Below, piece by piece: positions 13,108 to 24,800 of a stretch of DNA of 64,000 bases; positions within the stretch are counted from its first letter, which is position 1, and each line of letters opens with the position of its first letter. The position numbers and the translations under genes were made by a program. Source of the stretch: Podarcis filfolensis (lineage: Eukaryota); NCBI GenBank assembly GCA_964270895.1, contig OZ185437.1. The stretch is one strand, 5' to 3'. The notes below the pieces were generated by a model, which was not told where the DNA came from, ran no database searches, and was given only the letters and a program-made list of their open reading frames with translations.

Positions 13108-13298
13108 TAGAGTTGGAAGAGAATGCAAGGGTCATTTAGTCCAACTCGCTGCAATGCAGGAATCACAGCTAAAGAATCCCAGGCAGACTGAATCCCTCTT
13201 CAGAAACCTCTAATGAACCATCTTCTGAGGTAGTCTGTTCCACTGCTGAACAGTTCTTACCGTCAGAGAGTTCTTCCTAATATTTAGTTGGAAGCTCC
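13108..13298 (-). mobile_element. CR1 LINE 3' fragment
   Basis: Plus strand TAGAGTTGGAAG...GGTCATTTAGTCCAAC...GCAATGCAGGAATC continues into CR1-type TTCCACTGCTGAACAGTTCTTAC...TTCTTCCTAAT. Confidence 0.7.
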
Positions 13299-13461
13299 TA
13301 AAGACCTACCCCAAGGAGAAAATTATAAAATAAGTTATTTACCGTTTTGGTCAAGACCCTCAAGGACTCGACTTTTTGTGGAAAGAATGATCCACTTTGT
13401 ATTATATTTTCCCTTATGTTGTGGACTGACAAGCATTCACAAAAAAAGTCTGACTGGTTTC

Positions 13462-13538
13462 AGATTCCTGCATTGCAGAGGTTTGGACTAAATGACTCTT
13501 GAGATCCCTTCCAACTCTACAATTCTATGATTCTATGA
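13462..13538 (+). mobile_element. Isolated CR1/SINE 3' tail (similar tails at 63262-63327 plus and 63969-63994 minus)
   Basis: ATTCCTGCATTGCAGAGG...CCCTTCCAACTCTACAATTCTATGATTCTATGA. Confidence 0.7.
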
Positions 13539-15100
13539 GGATCCTGGAGGACAGAGCTGGCCTAGCAAACTCAGTTCCCCTTCCTGATCTGTAAGAATGC
13601 AAATAATAAGGGCCTGCCTACCACACGTTTCCCTTTCTATTTTTAAGAATGAAAATGTTGCAATGAGCTTTAGACTAGAGAAGACTGCTGTGGACCAGCA
13701 GATGGCGCCTCATCCTAGAGCAAGAGACAAATTCACCCATAGCCACACGTGTCGAAAACTGCTTGGTCTGTGTAAGTGGCTGCTTGTTTGGCAGTAACTA
13801 GAACGCAGGGTATTAATACCATAGTAAACGCTTATTGTGAATGTTTCAAACAACACAGCTGTTAAGATATTGCAATGCAGGGCAGTATGACCAAATCACC
13901 AAATGTGCTCATCATATACCATTGTAAGGAAAGATATAATGGGCGTTATTTTTTGTGCAAGGAGAATGACTTCTACTTGTGCAACAGGACTTCATCTCCC
14001 CACTCTCCTCCTTCCATGCACACTCTGTGCCATGCTCAAATCTGCTCTAAAGGGTTGGGGGAACCCTAGAACAAATTTAGGGGGGCTTCAGGGAGGGAAA
14101 AGAGAGGAGTAACATTCCATTGTGCAAGGAAAAATCCTTGTGCTGATGGAGGTTCGCATTAGTTCTGTATGGATGAAATGCAAATAATATAACCACAAAA
14201 TACCACCAACATTATACTGCCAGGGTATCAACTTCTGTTTAGCTGCACCTGTTGTATGCTGAGAGTAGTAATCTTACTGAGAGTAGGTAATCTTTCTGGG
14301 AGAGAGGGGGGAAACAAACTCTCTGAGGTAGATTAATGTTCCACTAATCCATGTCTAGGTTTTTCCCCTTTTACTGTTCCTTCTGGGAACTGATGTGAGT
14401 TATTCAAGTGGGAAGGAAGTTATCTCCAGGATGTGCCTTAAGCAACCTGGAACCAGCATTTTACCTTTTGCTTACACCCAATGTCTTTGAACTACTTCAT
14501 GCCACACTGTTGTGTGATCATCACTCTTCAGGATGATATAGCTGACAGAAGTGAGAACAATGTGTCACCCAACTGTTGTGTCCCCAAACCCTCGGTTCTG
14601 CTATGGGGGCTGTTGGGGTGCAACTCTCAGCTTGCATGCCACACAATATGAAACACAGGCATCCTTTGGACATCACAGAACACTGGTGCACAAGTCTTGC
14701 AACATCTGTAGCAGTACTACCTGGGCTGCAAGTACACCTTGCCTGTGATGTCAGAAGGATGTCAGGAGATACTGACATTGGATTCTACACTGTTTCCTTG
14801 GCACCAGCCAGCAAGGGCCTTGGATCTCTGCTGTGACAAGGGATCCTGGGGTGCGTCTTATGGCCTGTGTGACATGCTCAGCCTCTTATCAGCAAAATGT
14901 TCTGCAAAGCAAAAATCCCATGGACGAACCAGCCACTGTAGTGAAGAATTGGGCATGTCCCATGTCTACCCATGGGTGGGTTTATATTTAGTAGCTCTGT
15001 CCCCTCTTTACCTACCAAGCCCAGATATCTCATATGGTTGGTTCTTCTCTAAAACCCATGGGAAGTTCTTAACATTTAGGTCTTCGTAAAGGGTCAAGAA

Positions 15101-15133
15101 GAGTCGGACACGACTAAACGACTAAGCAACAAC
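15101..15133 (+). mobile_element. Ultra-short BovB-like RTE 3' insertion with 13-bp TSD
   Basis: GAGTCGGACACGACTAAACGACTAAGCAACAAC flanked by AAAGGGTCAAGAA at 15088-15100 and 15134-15146. Confidence 0.75.
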
Positions 15134-15639
15134 AAAGGGTCAAGAAATATAAGGGAAGCAGGGGTACCGAGCTCTGGAATGCAGAGGCTGCTTTAGTAAA
15201 GAAAGGTAGACACATCTGTTTCTTGAAAGAATAAACCAGATGAAAAGGAATGAGAAGCCGTGGATATAGCAGGCAGCTATCCCTGGAGGTAAAGGACTTG
15301 GCTAGGCCAAATCGCACCACGGCTCCATGAATAAATGATGTGCTGTGCTGGGTTACCCAGGTAACCAGCTGTTTCTGGTGCTAATGCCATTTAGAGGCCT
15401 TTCAGCATTGGTGTTTTTTCTCCAACATGTTTATTTTCTGCTAACCACATTTACTGCAGTGGTCCCATAGGAGGGTGGAAAGAGGCTATGGGTAGATCCC
15501 ATAGGCCAGATCTGCCTTTAGAGAACACCGGATATTGATTTAATATGCTTTGCAGCTCAGCAATGGGGATTCAAGAACATTATATTCTAGCTGGCCTAGC
15601 TAGTATGTTCGTTGATCACTCATTTAAGATCCATAGAGG

Positions 15640-15880
15640 TAGTGTTAACAAGTTGGGACCCAGGTCCCTTAAGGACTTCCCACTCCCATATGAGCTTGCC
15701 CCATAAATTTAAGAATCACGAAGGATCCTTTTCCAGGTCCCAATTCCTGTCAGAGGTGAAGCAAGTGGTGGACTGATATAGGGCCTTTTTTGGTTGTGGC
15801 ACCTCAGCTTTGGAAATCTCTCTCTAGGAAGGATTAGACCAGGCATCAAATTTAATTTCATGATGCTCGCCACACTTCTC
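15640..15880 (+). mobile_element. Decayed L2-like LINE ORF2 C-terminal fragment
   Basis: Frameshifted translation NKLGPxxLKD...RAF-VVAPQLWKSL fits the L2 motif GPxYLKD...RAFSVxAPxLWNxLP. Confidence 0.6.
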
Positions 15881-16756
15881 TGATCAGGCAGAAGTTCCAG
15901 TGTGAAAGTAGCTACCCAACAACAGCCAAGGTCCCCTGCTCTCACATCAGATCTTCAGGGTGACAGTGAGGACTCTAAGATACAGAGCCTAAACTTAGGT
16001 GAACTAGATGGGTCATTGCATGATTCACTCTAGGCTCTTATGTTCATAGCTGTGGTGATGTAGCAGGGTGGGGAGAGGCACATCTGGAAAGTAGCAGTCC
16101 CTCAGATGTCGGTGTTTGTTTGTGGGTAATTCTTTGTTACCACCACAACCACCTATCCTTCTGTTGTTTTCCTGCTAGGCTCAAAAGCTAGTTTCAACCA
16201 GTAGCATCTGCTAATGGTGTTATTTCCCCATAGTTTTGATTGTATAGAGATGATGATGTATAGAGATTTGATTGTATACGCTGCTTAGGAACTGGTAGAA
16301 ATTCCTATACAGTAGGTGTGCCCTTAATCTGTAACACAAGGATCTGATAAGCTATTATAAGATTATTGCTACCAACAAAGAGCCCCATCTACAAAGCTCA
16401 GGGTCCAATTAGGTTTTGCATTTCTGTTTGCATAACAAATGGCCTCAAAGCTGGCAAGTATAGCTTGACAAGGAGTGAGATGCATCTATTAAAGCAAGTG
16501 CCAGAGCATATCGTCATGCAATTCGGCAAGAACATGTGTGAGAGTGTTACTAGGGAGACGATGGAACATATGAAACAGTATAAAACCTGTTTCATATTAC
16601 AGCACATAAGACACAGATATTCAGGGCAGTTAACTGCTTTTTCTTTCTATAAGAGATCTCAGTAAGGGGTCTGTTGGTATGGGGGAAGGGATTCATCATA
16701 AAGTCCTGTTCCTTCAGCATGGGCTCATATTTAGGATTGTGCTAACCATTCAAAGA

Positions 16757-17108
16757 GGGACGCAGGTGGCGCTGTGGGTTAAACCACAGAGCCCAGGACT
16801 TGCTGATCAGAAGGTCGGCGGTTCGAATCCCCGCAATGGGGTGAGCTCCCGTTGCTTGGTCCCTGCTCCTGCCAACCTAGCAGTTTGAAAGCATATCAAA
16901 GTGCAAGTAGATAAATAGGTACCGTTCCGGCAGGAAGGTAAACAGCGTTTCCGTGTGCTGCTCTGGTTCGCCAGAAGCGGCTTAGTCATGCTGGCCACAT
17001 GACCCGGAAGCTGTGCGCCAGCTCCCTCAGCCAAAAAGCGAGATGAGCACCGCAACCCCAGAGTCGGCCATGACTGGACCTAATGGTCAGGGTTCCCTTT
17101 ACCTTTAC
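16757..17108 (+). mobile_element. Full-length Sauria SINE with 14-bp TSD
   Basis: Starts GGGACGCAGGTGGCGCTGTGGGTTAAACC, ends in ACCTTT repeats; CTAACCATTCAAAG at 16742-16755 and 17109-17122. Confidence 0.9.
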
Positions 17109-18573
17109 CTAACCATTCAAAGTGCATTCAAGTGACCAGATTATGGTCCCCAGGCTAACTTTACACAGGATGTTTGTCAGGGAGACACCAGTATGGCAGC
17201 TGGTGCCCACTGGGGCTGATGAGGCAGAACGCAAGGTAGGCAACAGTAGGTGGGGCCAGAGCCAATGGCAGGCAGAGTCAATTAATTCTAGTTTTCTCCC
17301 CACCCTCCTCCTCCTGAGTTCTACACACCATATATTTAAAGCTCATGGCTTCTCCCAAAGAATTGTAGTTTAACCCTCACAGAGCTGCTGTTGGACTACA
17401 GTTCCAATCATCCCTGATCAATGTCCATGCTGTCTGGGGCTGATGGGAGTTGGAGTTCAACAGCATCTGGAGGATCACAGGTTTCCCCACATGTGGAGGG
17501 CACCTGTGAATGACAGGAAGGGACAGTGGCAAGGAGCTGGAAATTCGATATAAGGAGGGACAATGCCATCAAAGCACTTCAGAAATGTTAGTGCGATGGG
17601 TAATTGCAATGGGATTTCCACTTTCGCTGTGTTTTCAGACACAAAGCATGTTTCCCCAAGCCACCGAAACTGAAACAGTACAATATTTCAATAACAACAA
17701 ATCCATTTTTTTAAAATGCACACAAACAAATGTGAATTATTTAAAATATGGAGATTCTAGGGAAGCTTCTCATGCAGACAGCTTAGCAAATGAACCCTGC
17801 CCAGCTGTCCTCATTTCTCAGTCTCAGTTTGTGCGCAAGTGATTTCATCTCAGGGTGCTTAAGGACAAAGCCTGTTCCTCTTTCTTGCAGAGGATCCAGG
17901 CTGCGTCTGCCTAGGTGAAGCAGAGCAGCTTTGTGGCAGGCTGTGAAATTCAGAATATGCTCCTCCAGCTTGCTACTGTTCCCATGGAAACGCTGGGAAG
18001 GCAGAGATGAAGTCAAGCCCCTCCTTCCTTATAATGGTGAGATTGCCTGTAAAGGGAACAAAAATGCAGGAGGTTATATTGGTTGATTTGAAGAAGAAAT
18101 ACTTACAGGGACATTGTCATTACACTTTTAGTAAGAATCTTTTTTTTTAAAAAAAAGATCCCAGTGAGCTAGCTTCTGAGTTTCACAGGAGTCTATTCCT
18201 CAGGCTTCCTGTTAAAAAAAAAGTAACACAAGAGGGAGGGAGAGAAAAAGATATTGCTGGTGTAGGGCATGGCAGAAACCCTGCCTACCATCTGCAATAA
18301 TCCTGAAATGATACTTCTGGAAGCTCTTTGCTGCATTTTGTTAGCTTACAATCAGTGGAAAAGATCTCAGGTTGCTGTGGAGGAAGGAGAGAAGGAAAAA
18401 ACTCCTGCCTGTTGCTGGGTAACTGGATTGACACTCCCTCACATTGGGATTCACACCCCTTTTAAAAAGAATGCTGTGCAGAGGAACAGTATTTACATCC
18501 AGATGTGCCCTGGTCTCCCCCCCCCCCCACCGTCTCCTTCCCAGTCCCCTTGCAATGAGCTTCCCTTTTAACC

Positions 18574-18919
18574 AAAAGAGACCCCTGAAAGTTAGGTCCA
18601 GTCGTGGCCGACTCTGGGGTTGCGGCGCTCATCTCGCTTTATTGGCCGAGGGAGCCGGCGTACAGCTTCCGGGTCATGTGGCCAGCATGACTAAGCCGCT
18701 TCTGGAGAACCAGAGCAGGGCACAGAAATGCCATTTACCTTCCCGCCGGAGTGGTACCTATTTATCTATGTGTACTTTGACGTGCTTTCGAACTGCTAGG
18801 TTGGCAGGAGCAGGGACCGAGCAACGGGAGCTCACCCCATCACGGGGATTCGAACTGCAGACCTTCTGATTGGCAAGCCCTAGGCTCTGTGGTTTAATCC
18901 ACAGCGCCACCCATGTCCC
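18574..18919 (-). mobile_element. Sauria SINE (3' ACCTTT tail eroded)
   Basis: Reverse complement aligns along its length with the copies at 16757 and 30256. Confidence 0.88.
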
Positions 18920-19190
18920 TTAGTGGCACCTTAGAGACCAACTAAGTTTGTTCTGGGTTTAAGCTTTCATGTGCATGCACACGTCTTCAGATACACTGAA
19001 ACAGAAGTCACCAGACCCTTATATATAGTGGGAGGGTGGGGTTTTTCTCAGGAGGATAGTAGGAGATGGGTGATTGATTCAGTGGGTATGGTAAACCTGT
19101 TGACGATTGTTAATGACTGCAATTAGTCCTACAGGAAAAAGGAAGGGATAGTATGCAGAGGATTAGCATATGTAATGAGACAGGAAGAAG
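18920..19190. mobile_element. Penelope-like element terminal fragment (related ends at 50473-50544, 51641-51717, 61571-61629)
   Basis: GTGGCACCTTAGAGACCAACTAAGTTTGTTCTGGG...AAGCTTTC...TCTTCAGATAC resembles recalled reptile Penelope pseudo-LTR ends and carries a hammerhead-like core. Confidence 0.6.
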
Positions 19191-20672
19191 AGCCCTGCCG
19201 CTGCTGCAACAACAACCAACCAGATGCATACATGGGGAATTGCAAAATTGGGTGAGACTGGTTTCATTGAAACAGTTCATGAAACAGAAACCACCACTAC
19301 TCCAGTTATGGCACAGTACATCTTAAGTAACACTAGAGTAACTTCAGACATTACATGAGACCAGTGGTGCCATCATGGCAGAACGTGGGGGCACAAGTCC
19401 AGGGCTGCACTAGAGGGAATAAGTTGGAGGTCCCCAAATACAGAAGTGGAATCTGGCTTAACCCATTTTGGAGTAAGACTCATTCACCTTTAAAATGGGG
19501 AGACCCTAAAGACCATTCCAAACCTAAAATTGCCTAACTGCTTGATACATGGGAACATAATATGCAAGGAACCCACTCTTCCTATTGCTTTGTGACGACT
19601 TATCACCAGAAAACACAGCCTTTGCATCCTGCCAACTTGGGAGATGTGCAAGCTGGACAGGAAGTGCAGGGAATCTGCTTATCCGCTTCCTCAATGCCGA
19701 GCTTGCATTCTAAGCCACCGTAATCAAATTTCACGCTGGTGTGCTTATGTCAAAGTAGCACTGGTTGAGTGGTGGCCATTGGGGCTGGCAGGGCAGAAGA
19801 CAGGGAGCCCAACAGTAGGTGGAGCCAGAGCCATGGACAGGCAGAGCCAACTAATTCTAGTTTTCTCCCCATCCTCTTCCCTGCTGAGGGCTACAAGGGC
19901 AATGTTGAAGCTGACAGCTGGCGCCACCCTGGACAGATGGTAGGTAAGAAGGCAGGCTGGTGGGAGCTGGCTGAAGGCAGGTGGTGGTGGGTGGACTAGC
20001 CCCCGCTGCAGAGTACTTGCTACAGCTCTACCACACATTAATGAGTAATATCCAAATAAATAGGATCCCAGGGCATACTCAGCCCATAGAGGAAACTAAG
20101 CAACTGCTTGTACTCTGCCTTTGAGAGAAAACTGCTGCCCGTAGTTTTGGAGAAAATGCGCAGAAGCATTTTAAAAGCTCATGGAGGGAGATGGGATTCC
20201 TTACATTCCAGGGGAGAACCTTTTGATGTCTACCAGCTGCTCAGGACACACACACACCAATATATATATATATATATATATTGAGGAAGAAGAAGGGGAA
20301 GGAAAGATGTGTCAGACATAAAAAATGAAAGTAATATTACAGTCTTAATAATTCAATATGCTATTACTATGCTGTTCAGTATACAATAAAACACAGCATT
20401 GTGGAGATAGGCTGCAAATCTAAAATTTGGCAGCAGAAAACAAACTTGAACTAGCCCTGGGCAGAAAAATACAATGAACTCAAGCAAAAGTAAAGCTGAT
20501 ATGATGTCTATGCCTGGGGTTTCCAGCATAGTGCAAATGGGAGCAACCGTGCCCACAATTACTAACTTGGTAACTGCAAAGTGCCTGAGCTCCACTCCTG
20601 CCCCCTGCTTCCTTCTTGACTTCATCATGAAAACTGCATAGAACTGAAGGAGGGATTTTGAACACTGCCAAA

Positions 20673-20806
20673 CATGGGTGTAGCCAAGGGGGGCAGGGAG
20701 GGGCAGCTGCTCCCCAATCAATAAAAACACACAGCAAACTGAGATTCTGCTCCAACCCCAATGAAAGGTCTGTCTCCCCCCAACAAAAATCCTGGCTACA
20801 CCCATG
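20673..20806. mobile_element. hAT-type MITE
   Basis: TIRs CATGGGTGTAGCCA / TGGCTACACCCATG; 8-bp TSD CTGCCAAA / CTGCCAAG. Confidence 0.8.
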
Positions 20807-23189
20807 CTGCCAAGTGCAAGTTCCATTCAAACAAGCAACCAGGAACACACACTTAGCTATGTATTCACCATTGTTCCTTTGCAGCAGGGCTTGGATATGG
20901 TGCTGTTGAAATTTGGCTTTCAGCAGGGATCAGCTCCACTCAGGAGAACCCAAGTGGAGCTGATCCAAGTGGGGCTTGGATTTAAATTCAGCGCCAAATG
21001 CATTTGACAGAGATGGGCTCTACCCTGTGAACTCCCAAGTGGAACCAGTCCCAACAGAGCTTGTATTGGGTGCCAGATTTAAAAGGTGCCAAATGCATAG
21101 TGCAAATAGGTGCAATCGTGCTCACAGGGACTTACTTGGTAACTGCTGGTTGAAAAGGGACAATCAGGAATGCACTCGAGTCCCAAATTGCTCCTTTGCA
21201 GCTGCAGATTTACCTCTTACACCATATGACATCAGGTGTGGGACAGGTGGGCACGGCTAGGAAAGATGGTCTCATGAGCCATTTGAGGAATTCTGGTGGT
21301 TTGGCTCATGGACTGGGGGTTCCTCATGCCCTGCCTTTTGGCTCCACCCAAAGAAGACAACATCCCTGCTTTCTGCCAGACATGAAAGGTGCCTCTGTAT
21401 GTACAGCTGTATGCATATAGAGCTTCCATATGTCTAGTAACCCTGTGTGATGTAGAGGCATCACCAGCATGCCATTCCTTAGATGGTGTATGCTGGGAAT
21501 ATTGCCCTGTGGATGCTGGAGAGTGGCTGTCAGAATTGTTACATTCTCTGTAATTAGTAGTGCTGTCATTTTACACTCAACTTTTCTGCTGGGGGTACAC
21601 AGTCTGCTGACATTATGCTTAGCTGGACCATTGGACTGATTGGCTATTAGGTTACTTAGAAACCTGCCAGGTTTGACAGATGGAAAGGGGACTATTTTGC
21701 GCTAAGGGCTCATGTGGCAGCGTAGTTACCTAGGTTCCTTCAAAGGAAATGAAAATGATATGATGGGGAGAATTTATTGATCTCACACAGGGTTATAAAA
21801 GGTTCTGGTTGAAAAGGCAAGTGCTGAGTTTTTAGGTACAGCCTCCCGAATTCTTGCTCCTTCAGTCTGTTACTGCAAGTTCCTGCTCTTTCAGTATCTT
21901 ACTTATGGACTGTGCTAAGCCCCATAGGACTTCTACATAAGTGCAACCTGGGGCAAGTTGTCCCTAATTGTCCTCAACACTTTCTAGGTAGATCTACTAC
22001 TTGTTGGACTGTGTTGGCCCAACGTGATCAAGTCCCAATGCGATCAAGGGGATTTAGTTCTTAGTGCATAGGATTGCAAAAACAAACAAACCCTTGGTTT
22101 TGTTTGTTTGTTTGTTTTTTGCATATCAGGCTGCTGCTAAACTCATAGGAACAGAACCAGTAAAAAGAAAGCTGGCAGTTCAGCTGCTGTCATGAAGTCT
22201 AGAAAGGTGCCTTAGGTTGTACATTTGCTGGGACAATAAGGCAAATGAGCATAAGCCAGGTCCTAACTTCAGCTTGGGAAAACTGGAACTCCTACTGCTG
22301 ATTTTAATTGGATTTACTTTCTCCTTCCTACCTCCTAACAAGCCGAATCTCAAACTGTTCCAAACAAGTTCATAAAAAATGCCATATGTTTTTCTTTCCC
22401 CTCCTAAAGCAACCCTGTAATTTAGGTTAGACTGAGAGATAGCAGTTTGCAGAAGGTCACCAGCAAGCTTCATGGCTGTAGAAACTGGAACATGAGTCCT
22501 TGGAGTCCTGACTCAGAAAAGGAACAGGAACCTATGGTCCTCCATGTTATCGGAGTACAACTCCCATAATTCCTGACCACTGGCCATGCTGTCTGGAGAG
22601 CCGCAGGTTCCCCATTCCTGAAGTCTTAGCACACTTCCTTTTCTTTCAGCATTTTCCACCATCACGTTTTTGAACATATCTCTGCAAATATGACAACTAC
22701 AAACTTTCTCTTTATTTTGAATAGAATATGAGGTTTTCTAATAAGCTACAACAATAGTGGTTATACATGACCCACACAGGGCAATGTACAGGACAAGTTA
22801 AACTGATCGCTTCCAGCATACAAATTGAGCATTCTAGACCAAAGGAAAGTCTTCACAGCGAGATGCCTGCCCGGCCCCGGACCACTTTCATTCATAGCCA
22901 CATATCTGAGAGGGAATGCTTTGGAGAAGGATGCTCAGCCACGAGCTTCTGATATTTGTGAAAAACATTTCCAAGTGTACAGAAGCCTAGTAACACGGAA
23001 CAATTCGTTCCAAGTTTTCCTTCTAAGATACACTTTCTCCAGAACTTCTTCGACCTCCTCCTGTGTGGGCAGTTATTTTCCCCCACCCCCCCGCACCGCG
23101 ATCACTCCGCACTACTTCCATCTTGTACGTATTTACATCTGGGCACGATGATGGCTATTCATCTTGGCCACTAATGGAGCCTTCGAGAC

Positions 23190-24800
23190 TCATCCTCTCA
23201 TTCCGTTGACAGGCACGTTAATTGTCTGCCGCGAGCCGGAGACATTGATTTAGCATGCGAGCTAATTCTGCGGGACGAGACATGCTTCTGGCTTGCGTGG
23301 CTCGGATGCCTCGCGCTTAGGACTTCTTCTTCTTCGGAAAGTCTAACCTGAATATTTGACAGGTGCAGCAGAGGGGGGCCGGCCGAGTTGCACCCAGAAA
23401 AAAAAGACCGCCACGTTTGGAGCTCTCCCTTTATTGTCGCAGAAACAAGGCCTCTCTTCCCTCGCCTTCTCCCTTCCCAGGAGGCTTTGTGGTTTCGGAT
23501 GAGAAGCTGGATCTTTCCCGCGCTGCTGCTGCGGGAGTGAAGCGCACGTCTCTTTCTTTCTCGCGCGCCTGGAAGGGGGCTCCACTTTCCCGGTGGATCT
23601 GAATGCGGAGAGGGGGAGGTGGCGGCAGGAGGAGGAGGAGGGCGCAGAGAGGAAGAGAGCGCGAGGGACTGGCTGCTGCCGCTTCTCCTCCTCCTCCTCG
23701 CCTACCGCGCACAGAGCCGGGCAGACAAAGGGGGGCGCGAGAGGGAGAGCGAGGGAGCTCCGCAGCCTCAAGGTCACTCGCTCCCCTCCCTGGCACAGCA
23801 GAGGGAAAAGAGGCGCGCGCGGGAACGAAGCTGCCCTCCTCCTCCTACGCCGCCGCCGAGCCCCCCATTCCCAGTGCTGCCCTCTCCTCCTCCTCCCCAC
23901 ACCCCGCTCCCCTCGCCTTGCCAGCCTTCTCGGCTTCCCGCCCCTTTCCCCACCCTGCCCGTTCCCGCTCGCTGCGTGCGCGCCCGGCGGGCTGCGTGAG
24001 GTTTGCCGGGAGCCCTTCAGGCGCGAAGCCACCACCAGCTCCTCAGCCCGCCGTCGCCGGCACTCGGGCGGCAGCGGCAGCCCGCCGTGGAGGGTCCCCT
24101 TGCGGCGCTGCTCGGCTCTTTCCTCGCCCGCCAACCCCCTTTCCTCAGCCGGGGTGCTCCGGGCTTTTGGGGGACACCATGCCGGGGGCGCCGACGGCTC
24201 CCGGGTCCCCGCCGCCGCCCGGCCACCGCCAGCCCCGGCGCGACTGCGCGGGGGGCGCTCGTCGGCTCTCGGTGGCGGGATAATGTACCGTCTTCGCCGC
24301 CGCGCCTGCTGGTCGCCCACCCGAGAGGCCCCGAGTCGCCGCCATGTCCCCCCCAGCCTCGGCGGCCGCGGCCAGCAGCAGCGAGAGAGGCAGCAGCGCC
24401 TCGGTGCCTCCGGAGGAGGCGGAGGGGGCCCGAGAGGAGGTGAGGACAGAGCCGAGCTACCTGCCCTCGCCGGGCGGCCCTTTGCAAAACACGTTGTAAC
24501 CGTCTGCATGTGACCGGCTTTGCATGGCACGCTCATTGCATCGCGATGAGGCTCCCTCCGCTCCGGCACGGGGCTTGGCTTGCACCCCGGCTCTAAGCGG
24601 GCCAGGGCGCTTTGCATACACAGGTACGCAATCTTTCGCTCGCACCGTCGCCCTCCCTGTCCGCCGCCGCGCTCGGGGGTCCCTGGGAGCAGAGTAGGGT
24701 GGCCCCCGTCGCCTTCCTTGCAAAACCCTAACGCCTGGGAGCGGGTGGGGTGGGGGGGATGGGGGCGGGCGGGTGTCTGGGTCGTTCTTTTCGCCTTGGC
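23190..24800. promoter_or_regulatory. CpG island / promoter and 5' UTR of TMEM151B
   Basis: Very GC- and CpG-rich region surrounding the first coding exon; boundaries approximate; TSS not determinable from sequence. Confidence 0.85.
24344..24439 (+). CDS. TMEM151B: Transmembrane protein 151B, coding exon 1 (MSPPASAAAASSSERGSSASVPPEEAEGAREE)
   Basis: GCCGCC-ATG Kozak; 32 codons matching the recalled mammalian MSPP...AREE N-terminus; donor GAG|GTGAGG (phase 0). Not called in the ORF track. Confidence 0.9.

Noticed and set aside
14630-14900. Possible Gypsy integrase zinc-finger remnant (FGHHRTL...KDVRRY)
   Set aside because: Motif spacing is about 10 residues too long, stops intervene and no other pol motif is nearby.
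15709-15945. Minus-strand peptide resembling a Gypsy RT N-terminus (LNLMPGLILPRER...RPYISPPLASP)
   Set aside because: The plus strand of the same bases fits L2 ORF2 C-terminal motifs better; the resemblance is probably coincidental.
23343-24617. 424-aa minus-strand ORF and several 120-306-aa overlapping ORFs at the TMEM151B 5' end
   Set aside because: Low-complexity Arg/Pro/Gly/Ala translations open in many frames at once, as expected in a very GC-rich CpG island; no recognisable domain.
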